64,000 nt of DNA from Octopus sinensis (lineage: Eukaryota), in assembly GCF_006345805.1 (NCBI RefSeq), contig NC_043006.1:29946001-30010000 (forward strand), read 5' to 3'. A model generated the notes under the pieces. The model saw only the letters and a program-made list of their open reading frames with translations. It had not been told where the DNA came from and made no database searches. Below, piece after piece: positions 49,585 to 63,185 of this stretch (positions are counted from its first letter, which is position 1; the number at the start of each line of letters is the position of its first letter). A program made the translations under genes and the position numbers.

Positions 49585-50280
49585 TTTATATTGGTTTCAA
49601 CTTTTGACGCAAGGCCAACAATTTTAGAGGAGTGTGTATGTCAATTGCACTGACCCCATTACTCAACTGGTACTTATTTTATCGACCCTGAGATCATAAA
49701 AGGCAAGGCCACCCTCAATAGAATTTGAACTCAGAATGTAAAAACGGATGAAATGCAGCCAAGTATTTTGTTTGGCAAACTAACGATTCTGCCAGCTCAC
49801 TGCTTCATCATCATAATTTACAAAATTGTGCCAAAATTTGAAATTTTGGCACAAGGCTAGCAATTTTGGAGGAGTAGGTACATCAATTACATCAACCCCA
49901 GTATTCAACTGGTACTTATTTTATCAACCTTGAAAGGATGAGAGATAAAGTCAAACTCAGCGGAATTTGAACTCAGAACATAAAGACGGATGAAATGCCA
50001 ACAAGCATCTTTGTCCTTGTGCTAACAATTCTGCCAGCTTGCCACTTTATATATTGATTATATTGGTTTCAAATTTCTGCACAAGGGCAGTAATTTCGGT
50101 GGGGGTAGGGGCTCAGTTGATTACATCGATCCCAGTGCTCAACTGATACTTATTTTGTCAACCCCAAAAGAATGAAAGACAAAGTTGACCGCTGCAGAAT
50201 TTGAACACAGAACATAAAGACAAATGAAATACCACTAAGCATTTTGCCTGCTAACGATTCTGTCAGCTCACCACCTTATG
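49585..50280 (-). mobile_element. Three head-to-tail copies of tRNA-derived SINE family B
   Basis: Units at about 49585-49805, 49830-50050 and 50065-50280, each with tcaactggtacttattttatc..aatttgaactcagaa..ttctgccagct. Confidence 0.8.
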
Positions 50281-50914
50281 TTATATAAACATCTTTATGT
50301 TGCAGGTTTTATCTTCAATGACTACATGTCTAGTGTGTCATTCTCCTTGTCTTGCTTTGTCTATTAATCTAATATAATTGGCTAATACAATTAGCAGTGT
50401 GTCTCCAACTTATTCTTTGTGTATTCATCTCTCTGACATCATGGGCAATTAGGGGTTGTGGTATTTTCACTACGCTTGAATACCTGGATATACTGACAAG
50501 TTTTTTAATTAGTTGAGCTACTTTCACCTTGTCTATATTTCAAGGAAACATTAACAGGTTGTTTAATAAACAGAATATGGAGTACAAATGTCCTTAACTT
50601 TAACTATCCATGTATGCATGATGATGATCATCATCGTTATTTAATATTTAGGTTCTATGGTAGCATGGAGCATGATGGTTTGATGGGTTCCAACAAGCCT
50701 GATACCTGCATTGATTTTCAGTGTCTACTTTAACAAAATTTCTATGGCTGGATGCTCTTCTTAATGCCAACCACTTCACAGAGTGTACCAGGTGCTTTTA
50801 TGTGGCGCTAGGACTGATAGAGTCAACAAGTAACGAGGAGGGTTCCAGTTGATCTGATCAGTGGAAAAGCCTGCTTGTGAAATTAACATGAAAGTGACTG
50901 AGTACTCCACAGAT

Positions 50915-51235
50915 GCATGGTTAAGTGGTTCGGGTATTCAGCTCAAGATTGTAATACCATTAGTTCAATCACTGGTGTCACATTGTGTCCTTGAGCAAGA
51001 CACTTTACTTCATGTTGCTCCAGTTCCCACAGCCTGGCAAAAATGAGTTGTACCTGTAATTCAAAGGGCTGGCATTGTCACATTCTGTGTCACAGAGAAT
51101 CTCCCTGAGAATTACATGAAGGGTCCACATGCCTGAGAAATGGTCAGCCACTTGGACATTAATTTCACAATAAAGTTGTTCCATTGATCGGATCAACTGG
51201 AGTCGTTGTCATCAATACTGACGGAGTGTCAGGTC
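50915..51235 (+). mobile_element. Third SINE-like family, degenerate
   Basis: tRNA-like head, then ttgtgtccttgagcaagacactttacttca core; its 3' end is mirrored in inverted form at about 50840-50910. Confidence 0.5.
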
Positions 51236-51399
51236 ACCGAGTTACATGCAAGAGAATCAGGGAGTATTATTGAGGAAGGTGACATTGTGCCAAGTGTAGA
51301 GAATCTAAAGTATGAAAGAGGGTCAGGAGCAAGTGTTTTGCTGTAGAGAAGATACATGGCTGCTCCAACAGGAAAGGAAGAAAGGATGGAGATGAAATA

Positions 51400-52150
51400 T
51401 TAGGGTGTACACTCATTGTACAAGAAGGTGGATAAAGAGAAACATTATCAAATGATTCGTTTCAATTCAGATTACTACATATAATCAGTTATAAGACTGA
51501 ATATTTATCACTCATAGCTTTTCCACAGGTATCCACTAGGTGTCTTAACATATAAAAGTAAATGTATGAGGCAAATTGTGGGCCATAATTTTGCACATAG
51601 ATAGAAAATTTTGTATAGGGCCACATTTTTTCAAGGAGCTGATCATAGGATGAGTGAAACTTTCTGATAATTTCTGTAAATTGAGGCAAGGTAAGGAACT
51701 GCTGCCAAGTCTGTGGCTATGTTAACTTGGACTATATTATCTGACCTGGCCTTTTTAAAAAATTGTAAGGAGAAATTTCAGAGAAATTTGACTGCCATTT
51801 CCAGCAAGTTGAGCAACCACAAAGAGACTAATTGGTTCATGAGAACTTTTTATTTTGTGCTTGATGTCGGGTTGAAGTGCAACTATGGGGAATATTGAAA
51901 TGGGGTAAGTATGATGTCATCTGCGTATTTTATGTGAATGTGTGATGGTCATGTTGGTATAAGTTAAGAGCTATGAGTAAAAACATAAGAGTGAATATGT
52001 TGTTCAATGTAAAGTGGGATTGGCCACTGAGAAATAGTTTGAAAGCCACCATTTCTTTGTTGTTCAAAATATACCGAGAAACAGAATGTTGTGAAATATT
52101 TGGATATAAAGTACTGTTGATCTGCTGCTGATGCTGGTCTTGTCAATAAT
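51400..52150 (-). mobile_element. Very old LINE RT fossil
   Basis: Minus-strand KYADDIIL at about 51930-51905; otherwise heavily decayed. Confidence 0.4.
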
Positions 52151-53442
52151 GTGAATTAGTTCAATTACTGAGTTTGAGAAGAATGTCTCAGGGTTGACAA
52201 ATATATAACTTCTCATTGGATTGTGTCCTGAAATACTTCATTAAAGTAATTAAATTTTATTAATTCTAATCTACTCAAGTAAACGTTTTTAAAAAAATTA
52301 AAGAAAATCTCCACGTGACTCATTGAACTGCTTAGTATCACATCCATGGCATTGAATGGAAGAAAATATGAATCCTCCAAGCCAATGAGAGAACTTTTAT
52401 ATGGTCATTCAACCAGCAAAAAATAGCAATCAAGTTTCCCATAAATCTTATCCTACCACCTCATAGGATGAAGATAAAGATTCAACAAAATAATCCTAAA
52501 CGTACAAGATGTAGTGGTCACATGTGGACTCTTAGTCTACTGGATCAGGGTTGAACAGCTTTAAAAACCACAACATGACACCCCCACCTCCAGCAAACAG
52601 GATGTAGAAACTATTGCAGGTGTTACTTGCAAAACATGTACAAGTTATTTCCTCATTGAAACCTGTTAAAAGATATGTTTCCTGTTTAGAAACACATTGA
52701 ACTGCTTGATGTGAACGTGAACAGGTAAGTCAATATTTTCTCCACATCGCCATTAATTTTGTCTTGCCTCACAGAAGAAGAGTCTATTTTGCATTTTAGC
52801 ATTAAGAACAGGTGACAACTCAATAATGAAAATGACATTTCTAAGATCTAATTTCAACATATGACAATAAAAGCAGTGCTTGTTTTACACCTTTCGTCCT
52901 TTCATATACATTTTTCTCATACAAAATGTAGTTTTTGTTTGTATATAGCAAAAATCAAGTGAAAGGGAGGTAATTCTTGTGCGTGTGTGCTCAGAGAGAG
53001 GCATAGAGAGAGAGAGAGAGGCATAGAGAGAGAGAGAGAGATGAACTGGAGGCTTACAAATATGTTTTTAGAAACACATTTTTAGCCTCACTGTGAAAAG
53101 TAGATACAGAGGCTAAATAACGTTTTTCTCTCATTAAGTTAGTGGTCTGACAAGTTATTGTTTTTTTGTTCTTTTTTTCCACTTTGGAGAATTTCAGGCA
53201 ACCCATTTTTACCAGTTTATTTTGAAGTGCAGTATCTCTCATCCAACCACTGGCTTTATAAATCATAGCTCAAAGCTGTCCAGTCTTTTTTTTTTCTCAT
53301 TTTCTTTTGCAACTAGAATTCAACTAGAACAGTGACTAGTGAAATTCATTCTTGGTTTTGTTGACCAAGACACAACTAAACAAAATCTTGATCAGTCATA
53401 TCTCTATATTTTGGTTGCTCACTGACCACACATACTCTTTTA

Positions 53443-53841
53443 ATCTTTTACTTGTTTCAGTCATTTGACTGCGGCCATGCTGGAGCACCGCCTTTAGTCG
53501 AGCAAATCGACCCCAGGACTTATTCTTTGTAAGCCTAGTACTTATTCTATCGGTCTCTATTGCTGAACCGCTAAGTTACGGGGACGTAAACACAACAGCA
53601 TCGGTTGTCAAGCGATGTTGGGGGGACAAACACTGACACACAAACACACACATATACATATATATATATATACATATACAACAGGCTTCTTTCAGTTTCC
53701 GTCAACCAAATCCACTCACAAGGCTTTGGTCGGCCCGAGACTACATTAGAAGACACTTGCCCAAGGTGCCACGCAGTGGGACTGAACCCAGAACCATGTG
53801 GTTGGTAGGCAAGCTACTTACCACACAGTCACTCCTGCGCC
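53443..53841 (-). mobile_element. Full-length tRNA-derived SINE family A
   Basis: Reverse complement of the 20810-21210 type, with well-preserved A/B boxes and CpGs. Confidence 0.9.
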
Positions 53842-53989
53842 TATGTTAAACTTTCCTTCTTTTTTACCACAGAAACATTTTCTCTTCATGTTCATCATCA
53901 TCATCATCGGTGGACATGTATGAAATGGAAAGAGCTGGTTTCATTTTTATTTTCTTCAAAAATATTTAAATTATTATTTCTACTATATG

Positions 53990-56900
53990 TTCTCCTTCAT
54001 CATCATCATCATCATTTAGCGTCCGTTGTCCATGCTGGCATGGGTTGGATGGTTTGACTGGGCTGGCATGCTGGAAGGCTGTGCTAAGATCCAGTCTGAT
54101 TTGGCATGGTTTTCTATGGCTGGATGTCCTTCCTAATGCCTACCACTCCAAGAGTGTTATGGGTGCTTTTACATACCACCGGCATGGGTGCCATTTGCAC
54201 AACATCGGTATCTGCCATGACTGCAATTTTGCTTGGCTTGATGGGTCTTCTCAAACAGCCCATAATGCCAAAGTTCTTGGTCATTGCTTCCATGAGGGCC
54301 AACACTTGAAAGGAACTCAGCCACCTTGCCTCCATGAGGCCCACTGCTCAAAAGGAACTCAGCTACCTTGCATCTGTGAGGCCCAACCCTTGAAAGGAAC
54401 TCAGTCACTTTGCTTCCATGAGGCCCAACATTCAAAAGGAACTCAGTCACTTTGCCCCCATAAAGTCCAATGCTCAAAAGCTTCTTGGCCACTTTACCTC
54501 CATGAGGCCTGACATTCAAGGTTGATTTTTTTTTCTTACATGCCACCAGCATGGGTGCACTTAGCTTGACGGGTCCTCTTAAGCAGAGCACATCACCAAA
54601 GGTCTTGCTCACTAGTCACTGCCTCTGTGAGATTCAAAGTTCGAAGGTCATGCTTCACCGCCTCCTTCCCTGTCTTCCTGGGTCTACCTCTACCATAGGT
54701 TCCCTCTACAGTTAGAGATCAGCACTTCTTTATACAATTGTCCTCATCTATATGCATCACATGACTATACTAGTGCAGTTACTTCTCTTGCACACCACAT
54801 CTGATTCCTCTTATTCTTAACTTTTCTCTCAAGATGCTTACACTCTGTCAAACATGTACACTGACATTGCACATCCAGTGAAGCATACTCGCTTCATTTC
54901 TCTGAAGCCTACGCATGTCCATGGCTGTCATAGCTCCTGTTTCACTGCCATGCAGCATAGTTGCTCATACACAGGCAACAAACAATCTGCCTTTCACTCT
55001 GAGAGAGATGCTCTTTGTTGCCAGCAGGGGTAGGAGCTCTCTAAACTTTGCCCAGCCTAATCTTATTCTTTAAGCCACACTCTCAGAACAACCAACCCCA
55101 ATACTAATCTGATTGCCTAGATACCAGAAGCTATCTAATACCTCTAGCTTGCCTCCCCCTAGCAGTTGATGGTGTTTATTTTCCACACATGTTCAGCATT
55201 TATTGTACCTGTGCACCTTCCACATACAAAAGTTAGCTTCTCTGTTAACCTTCCTTTGATATTGCTGCACCTTTTATGTGTTCAAAGCTTACACTGGGTG
55301 CATCTTATAGAGTTTCTACCTACACCTTTTCTACAGATTGAGCAGGGCCATCTACCTGAGAGGATTTGTGATTTGTCTGCCTTCCTATTTACTGAGACTT
55401 TGGTTTTTGCTAGGTTAACTCAAAGGCTTTTTGATTCTAGACCTTGTTTTCATACCTGGAACTTCTTCTCCACCTCAGGTAGTGATTCAGCTATAAGAGC
55501 AAGGTCATCAGCATAGAGGAACCTCCAGGGACAGCCTGTCTTGAATTCCTCTGTTATTGCCTGGAGGACTATGATGAACAAGAGGGGGCTGAGCACCAAT
55601 CCTTGGTGATCCCCTACTTGTACCTTGAATTCTTCACTGTACTTGTTGCCCACTTTCACCTTACTGGTAGTGTCCCTGTACTAGGATTGTATGGTTCTCA
55701 CCAACCACTCATCCCTAGTTTCCGCATTAACCACCAGATAACAGTTAGGGGGACTCTATCAAAAGCTTTCTCCAAGTCAACAAAAGACAAGTACAGAGGT
55801 TTATCTTTGGCTAGGTATTTCTTCTGCAGTTGCCTTACCAGAAATATAGCATCAGTGGTGCTTCTCCCTGGCACAAAGCTAAACTGCATCTCATCTAGAC
55901 TAACTCTCTCCCTGATTAGTTGGGCTATGACTCTCTCCAAAACTTTCATCACCTGATCCAACAATTTAATACCTCTGTAATTATTTCTATCTAAGACATC
56001 ACCATTACCTTTGTAGAAGTTGACTATGGTACTGCTACACCAGTCATTGCATATGACTCATTCTTGAACCAGTTGATTTACTATATGAGTGACTAAACTA
56101 TAACCTGCACTACCAGACATTTTAAGCAGCTCAGCAGTGATTTCTGATGGACTGGGGGATTTTCCTGTCTTCATATCCTTAATTGCTTTATCTTCCAAGG
56201 TACTGTCAATTTGGGTAGCTGGTCACTCAATTGGATCAACATTTGGCAGACTCTCCTCTTCCCACTCATTCTCCATGTTCAGCAGTCTTTCATAATGGCA
56301 TCTCCAAGCCTCTTTCTTTGCAGAATTCCCAGTTGCCCTCTATGTCACAAGTTTGTAGCTGCTCCTCCTCATCAAATTTCTCAATTAGGATATCTCTAAA
56401 TCTCTTACCATATGAAGGGTCCTTAAGCTTCTAGATCCTTCTTTTCCAGATTGGTCTGCTTCTTGGCACCATTCTGGTCTGGAGTCTAAAGTCGCTAATA
56501 ACTAGTCTATGCTAGAGGGTACACTCTTCACCAAGGTGAGTCGTTGCACATTTATGAGCAATCATGCATCCCACTGTCTGGTGAGAATGAAATCTATCTG
56601 GCTTGCAGAGTCACCTGATTGATAGGTTATCAGGTGGCTGGCTGACTTCTTGAAGTTGGTGTTGCAGATCAAAAGGTTATTTGCATCACAGAACTCCAGT
56701 AGCCTTGTTCCCTCTTCATTTTGGGAACCAATTCTATGGCCTGTGGAGGTTTTCAGTATGAGGGAAGAGAGAAGAGATTTCACGGTAAAGAGATTACAGG
56801 TATGCAAGAGAGGGGACCAGAATGGACTTCCAATACAAGAAAAGAGATTTCTGGTATTGATGGCAGGGGTAGATATTGGTGGCAAGGGTGTGTATTGGTG

Positions 56901-57060
56901 GCAAGGGTGGGTATTGGTGGCGGGGGGGGGGGGTGTATTGGGGGGGGGGTGGGTAAGGATAGGTGCATTGCAAAGAAGAAATGAAGGTTGGGATGAAAGC
57001 CATGTGTTTTATAGTCTTATAACCAGGAGTGGTCAAGGGAATAGAAATGGCAGCAAAGGA
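53990..57060 (-). mobile_element. Long degenerate RTE LINE (part of APE endonuclease, RT and 3' UTR with 42-bp minisatellite)
   Basis: GSQNEEGTRLLEFCDANNLLICNTNF..SQIDFIL (APE), FVDLEKAFD, LYADD and (CAT)n tail; 42-bp units from 54291. Confidence 0.9.
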
Positions 57061-60000
57061 CAATAGTGGACAATAGTGACATGGAAGAAAAGAAAATGGC
57101 TAGCTTCACCACAAGAAAATCAAAACATGAGCATGTTAATAGTACAGGGAAGATGGACGTAAACAATGATGAATAATTAAAAAAAAATAGAGATTTCTTA
57201 GCTTAGAAATTGCGAAGAAGAAATGTAAATACAGTTCTCTATTAATGTTATAACTGAAAATTATATCTTTCTGTGCATGAGTTGTACAATTCAAACTTGT
57301 ACTTCTACAAACTTTTGGAAGAGAACACAAACTAATAAACCACATTGACTTAAAATATTATTTAGGCCAGTAAAGATTTATTCTTCTCAAGGTACTAAGA
57401 AAATAAAGACAATTATTATTTATAATTTATTATTACTGTCTCTCATCTATATTTTCAATATTTTCAACTCTGATTTTTGATAACCATTTTTGGGATAACA
57501 TCTATGAAATCTTCTAAATATAAGCCCTAACATACAGCTATCTCTAGGATGACTCAAACATTTCTAGTTTTTCTATCAGCCATTACATTCCTTTCTGCTC
57601 TTATGACCAGCTTCTCTGGTTTTCACATGAAAATTCAGTTTCCTGATACATAACATTAGAGGCAATACATTTTATCTCTATTATTGGTTTGCTTTGACCA
57701 GAAATAGCACAGACATGCTTGGTAGGATAGTAGACCATACATGTGTGCATGCATATATGTGTGTATGCTGAAACAGAAATATCATTTTTCATTCACCTTT
57801 TGTAAACTCATGTATATATTATTAAACTTTGGACTTAAGCATCTTGCATAAACATTTTAAGTAGACTTCATTGTATGAAAGACAATTATCATGTAAATGC
57901 ACTTGTGTACATTATGAGTACAAATTGTAACGTCTTACTCCTGGATATAATGGTATATTTTTTATTTGTCCCTTTGCCAAATCACTCTCTGAACTATTCT
58001 CTCCTTTGGGTATATTTGTGACATCAATCGTTTTTGCCCTCATTTGTTTTCTTTTTAATTCCTTGTTGATTGCATTATTCCAAACAGTGTACAAGAGAAC
58101 TAAACTAGTGACTCGTGTTGCCTGATGAAATTTTAGTTGTTCACTATTTTTCACCTTTTTATTAGACCAATCACATCTCTCAGCCAGTCACTAACTATAT
58201 AAATTGAAATTTAAAACTGTTTACACACTTTAGTCAGCAGAATACAATCTGTGCAACTATCCACTGTCCACTCTGCGCTTTCAACCAGGATTCAGCTAGG
58301 ATAGTAACAGTCAAAATCTATTCTAACTTCAGTTGATCAAAACAAGACACATTAGTGCTGAACAATAAATTGATTTGCTGTATCTCTGTTCTGATAGGCT
58401 AAATGCTATATATGATAAACTTTGTTTCTTTTTCTACTTTAGAAACATTTCTTTCATATTACACATGTGATACAAAAAGAACTTTATTTTCAAGAACACA
58501 TTTATAGTGCTGATTCTACCACTTTAGCAGAAAAACTTGTTCTCTTTTAGTGTTATAAATGAAAATTGCTATATTTTCTCTGTTGGAGTATCATTTAAAC
58601 CAGTGTCTTTAAAAATTGTTAGAAGTGAACATATGCTGTTTAAGCACATTTATTTATAGTACCACTTATGCTACTTATCCTACTTACAAAGAGGTCTATT
58701 CTTCTGATGACAAGGAAAATTGAATTATTATATATAATTTATTGCTGTTGTCTCTTATTCATATTTTATTGCAGTCACTCGTTGGTTAATCATTTTTCTG
58801 ACTACAGGAAAAACAGCATCTTCTAACTAATTAAACTATTCATAAACAGAGATAAAAGTGATGAAAATTACTGCTGCTTTCCTAGCAATCTAGATGAGAG
58901 CTACATAGTGGCCCTCACATAACCAAGAAAAATATTGCCATTATTTTTCACCAGTTCACTGGATGATTGAAAGAGCACCTTTCTCAGCTATGCATTGACT
59001 AAATAAGTTGAATATTTAACTCAAGTTTTTTTTTCTATCAATGTTGCTATTGAAAATTGTTACTTTTCTCTGTATGGATTACTACAATTTAAACCTATGC
59101 TTTTAGGAATTTGTAGGAGTGAATATATACTGTTTGGCCTTATTGTTTGGTCATATTGTTTGGTCACACAGTTTGGTCATATTGACTTATTGTACCACTT
59201 GAGTCAATAGAAATCTGTTCCTCTGGTGGTATGTGTAAAATAAAGAGGATTATTATATATAATTTATTATAGTCAGCTGCTTCTCATTTCTATTTTCAAC
59301 ATTAGAGGCCTTGACATTCAATCAAACTATGAATTTTCAAATTTGTGCTCTAAGTTACTGTTACTGCCATATTGATTCAAATAACACCAGTTTGTCATTC
59401 ATCAGCTTCATTCTGCCTCTTTTCAATCCTAATGACCCAAATTTCAGGTTATCACATGTGGTGTCCCATTGTCCTAGCAGGTAACATGATGTCAGAAACT
59501 ACATGTTTCACTTTTGCTATCAGCTTGCAAAAGCATAGATCACCCATGAAGTACAAACTGCTGCAATTACCAGGAAATCCAGATCATCCCAAGCACCATG
59601 AAGACACCAACAACAAATATGAACTCACCACTATTACCTCAACACCATTACCAGCTCATTACCTTTCATAGCTGCAATTTATGGTACAGAATTCTACAAC
59701 AAACATTTTCAGTTTACAAACTGGCTCAGTTTCAACAGAGAATCAAACTAGTCAGTAACTGAGAAAGTAAACTCACATATAAATATATGCAAAGACACCA
59801 ATGTCATTGTTAATTCACTTTCTATAGAATCACATGTACAAAAACATGCATCATGTAGACTCACTTGCATTTTATGCATTCATAATGCAAACTCATTTGT
59901 ATTTATGAACACATCGTGTATATCCCACTTGCATATATAGTATTATTCTGACAGCCATTCAGCTGAGTCACTATCTGTTGCATTCACTCATTCAAATGCT

Positions 60001-60469
60001 TTTGTAAGATAATTTGGTTTCCTCTATCTTTTCTTTTGCTTTGATGCCTAGCTATCCAGGGGGAGACTAAACTAGTTATTCTCACATAGTCAGGTGGAAT
60101 TTTTCTCTATTTATCACTGGTTTATTGGACCAATGACGGAACACCACTTTCAGTTATGCATTGATTATATATGTAGAACTTATAACATTCTTCTCTCTGC
60201 CTTCAACCAGAGCAGAGTGAGCTGTTTCGTTGTTTACAACAACTAGAGAAAGCTGTTCTCTCTCTCTCTCTCTCTCTCTCTGTCTATCTCTCCTTTCTTT
60301 CTTTTGTTCTTTCTTTCTTTCAGTCAGCCAGCCAGCCAGCCAACCAAGTGAAGCAGGTCAGCAATATGCGTGAAATGTTTGTGTCAGCAATAATAGTAGT
60401 CTGTGGTGATCATTTGATTATATAGCTGAAGTTTAGAAGTTTCACTTCAAGCTACCATTGATCTTGGCT

Positions 60470-60640
60470 GGGCTGTGACTAATGTGTGGCTGTGTAGTAA
60501 GAAGCTCACTTCCCAACCACATGGTTCTGGGTTCAGTCCCACAGTGTGGCACCTTGGGTAAGTGTCTTCTACTATAGCTTCAGGCCAACCAAAGCCTTGT
60601 GAGTGAATTTCGTAGATGCAAACCAAAAAAAGCCCATTGT
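60470..60640 (+). mobile_element. SINE family A 5' half
   Basis: tggctgtgtagtaagaagc..gggttcagtcccac..gtgtcttctactatag. Confidence 0.8.
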
Positions 60641-60719
60641 ATATATGTGTGTGTTTATATAAAATTTAATTAGAGGATGTGTGAATTTCATAAACGGAGT
60701 GTGTGAGTGCTCTGAGAAA

Positions 60720-61890
60720 AAAGTTGGACATAAGAAGCATCAAATGTGTGCAAGAGAGATGACTGCACTGGTGTGGTCATGTGTTATGTATGGATGAGCA
60801 CAGCTGGTGAGGAAGCACCACACCCTAACTGTGGAAGGAACCTGTAGAAGAGGTAGACCCACGAAGACATGGGATGAGGTGGTGAAGCATGACCTTTGAA
60901 CACTGGGCCTCACAGAGGCAATGACAGACAGTAGACTGAAACCTTTGGAGATATGGTGTGATTGGGAAGTCCCGGCAACTAAAGTGAGATTGCAGCCATG
61001 GCTGATGCTTGTCCGGCCCATTTAAAAGTACTCTTGATGTGTTGGGGAATATGATATGCTCGAGAAGACCTGTTGAGTCAAATAAAACCAAAATCGTAGC
61101 TGTGGCCAGTGCCTCCTGACTGGCTCCTGTGTTGGTGGCATGTAAAATGCACCATCTGAATGTGGTCGATGCCAGTACCCACTGACTGGCTCCCATGTGG
61201 GTGGCACATAAAAAGCACCATCCAAACATGGTTGATACCAGTGCTGCCCGACTGGCTCCTGTGCCGGTGGCACATAAAAAGCACCCACTACACTCTCGGA
61301 GTGGTTGGCGTTAGGAAGAGCATCCAGTGGTAGAAACATTGCTAGATCAGACTGGAGCATGGTGCAGCCATTGGTTTTCTAGACCTCAGTCAAACTGTCC
61401 AATCCATGCCAGCATGGAAAACAGACGTTAAACGATGATGATGATGATGATATATATATATATATATAAAGAATGGTGATATGCTATGCTTGAGAAGACC
61501 TGTCAAACCAAGTGAAACCTTAGTTGTGGCTGATGCTGGTGTCACATAACTGGCACCCATACTGGTGACATGTAAAGAGTCCCTTTTGAGCATTGGGCCT
61601 CATGGAGGCAATGACATATGATCGAGATCTTTGGCAATATGCTGTGCTTGAGAAGAAGACCCATCAAACCAAGTGAAATTGTAGTCATGACAGTGTCATG
61701 CAACTGGTACCCTTGCCAGTGGCACATAAAAGCACCCATTACACTCTTGGAGTGGTTGGCATTAGGAAGGGCATCCAGCTGTAGAAACCACGCCAAATCA
61801 GATTGGGGCCTGGTGCAGGTCCTCAGCTTACCAGGCCTGGTTAAAGTGTCCAACCTACGCCAGCATGCAAAATGGATGTTAAATGATGAT
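60720..61890 (+). mobile_element. Two adjacent RTE 3' fragments with (GAT)n tails
   Basis: ORF end acctgtagaagaggtagaccc..gaagcatgacc, ~58-bp UTR repeats, and tails at about 61435-61450 and 61885. Confidence 0.8.
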
Positions 61891-62899
61891 GTTTATATAC
61901 ATATGTGTGTGTGTATTTGTCCCCCACCACTGCTTGACAACCAGTGCTGGTGTGTTTATGTCCCTATAACTTAGCAGTTTGGCACAAGAGACCGATAAAA
62001 TAAGTACCAGACACTTAAAAATAAGTAGTGGGGTCGATACATTTGACTAGAAATTCTTCAAAGCAGTGCCACAGTCTAATGACTGAAACAAGTAAAGCTA
62101 AAAGTTAAAAGATAATAGCCTGTGAAAAAAAAGGCTCTGCGGACAAAATTGTGAATATCATGTTTGCACCAAATATTTGAGGTCACTTGTTCACTAACAT
62201 TGTCATTCTTTGACAGAATTCTGTTTGTTATGTTGTTACTTTTACGTCCAAACATAATAATTTGGGTTCCATTCTTAGGCAGTGAGTTGGTGTTTGGGAC
62301 TCAGTGAAATATTCTTGTTACATATGAATAATACAACTTCTATTATACGTTTTATATGTTTTTATATTATTCAAGGCTATCAAGCATCAAGTGGCAGAAA
62401 ATCCACTAATCAATCAATTAATTAAAAAGCAAATGAAATTAATCGCATATAGCAATTTGTGCAGAGAAGAGGCTGAGAAAACTGAAAACCTCTAGAAACT
62501 TTGCGAAGTCAAGAAAACTGATAACGTTTCATTGTCATAATTTTATATACGTGTTGGTTGAGCTAAAGTAGAAATGGTTTCAATACACTCTTATTTTGTG
62601 ACATCAAGACAAAGTGAATCAATCACGGTGATTTAGTTCTGAGAAAGTCTAGTTGGCGAGCAATGTACAAATCTGAAGACTAGGATACTAATCACTCTTA
62701 AGAAACTAATTGAGTCTTATTCTCGGTTCTTCGGAAATTTGTAGATGGGTGTAAAATGTTTTTTAAAAACATTAGTTATTTAAGAAAATAAGGGAAACCA
62801 ACTATATTTTATTTAGAGAAATCCATATAACGAAAGGGGGCTATGTTAATAGATACATAAATTATCAAAGAAGATAAATACTATAATTTCTGTTTTGAT

Positions 62900-63185
62900 T
62901 AATGAATTAATTATCGAGGTAAAATAATGGAGTCAAGAAATGACTGCTTTCCACTGCCACCTGGTGCCCAGTAGAAGAATTACTGGTTTATAAGAGAGTG
63001 GATCCAAGGGAGATAATCTTCTAAACTCTAGCGACAACAGACAAATTGAAGTCGTGAGCAGACGTAAATCTGTTGTCTCTCTCATCGTTTGGTATTTATT
63101 TATAACAAGGCTTCTTCACTCACTTTTTTACATACTAAGGCGGCGGCGATTAACTAATCAAATTTTTTTTCTTTTCCCGACAAAG
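62900..63185 (+). other. Candidate non-coding first exon of a neighbouring gene
   Basis: Unique, CpG-retaining segment ending in the strong donor AAG|GTAAGG (GT at 63186). No coding exon was found in the remaining window; the 5' boundary is a guess. Confidence 0.35.
62952..62970 (-). promoter_or_regulatory. CTCF-like motif
   Basis: The minus strand reads TGGGCACCAGGTGGCAGTG versus the core CCASYAGRKGGCRS, with one mismatch at a conserved C. It also contains the E-box CAGGTG. Confidence 0.35.

Noticed and set aside
59370-59680. Possible piggyBac transposase C-terminal fossil
   Set aside because: Only a vague resemblance (MWCPIVLAGNMM; RNYMFHFCYQLAK), with no catalytic motifs or TIRs.
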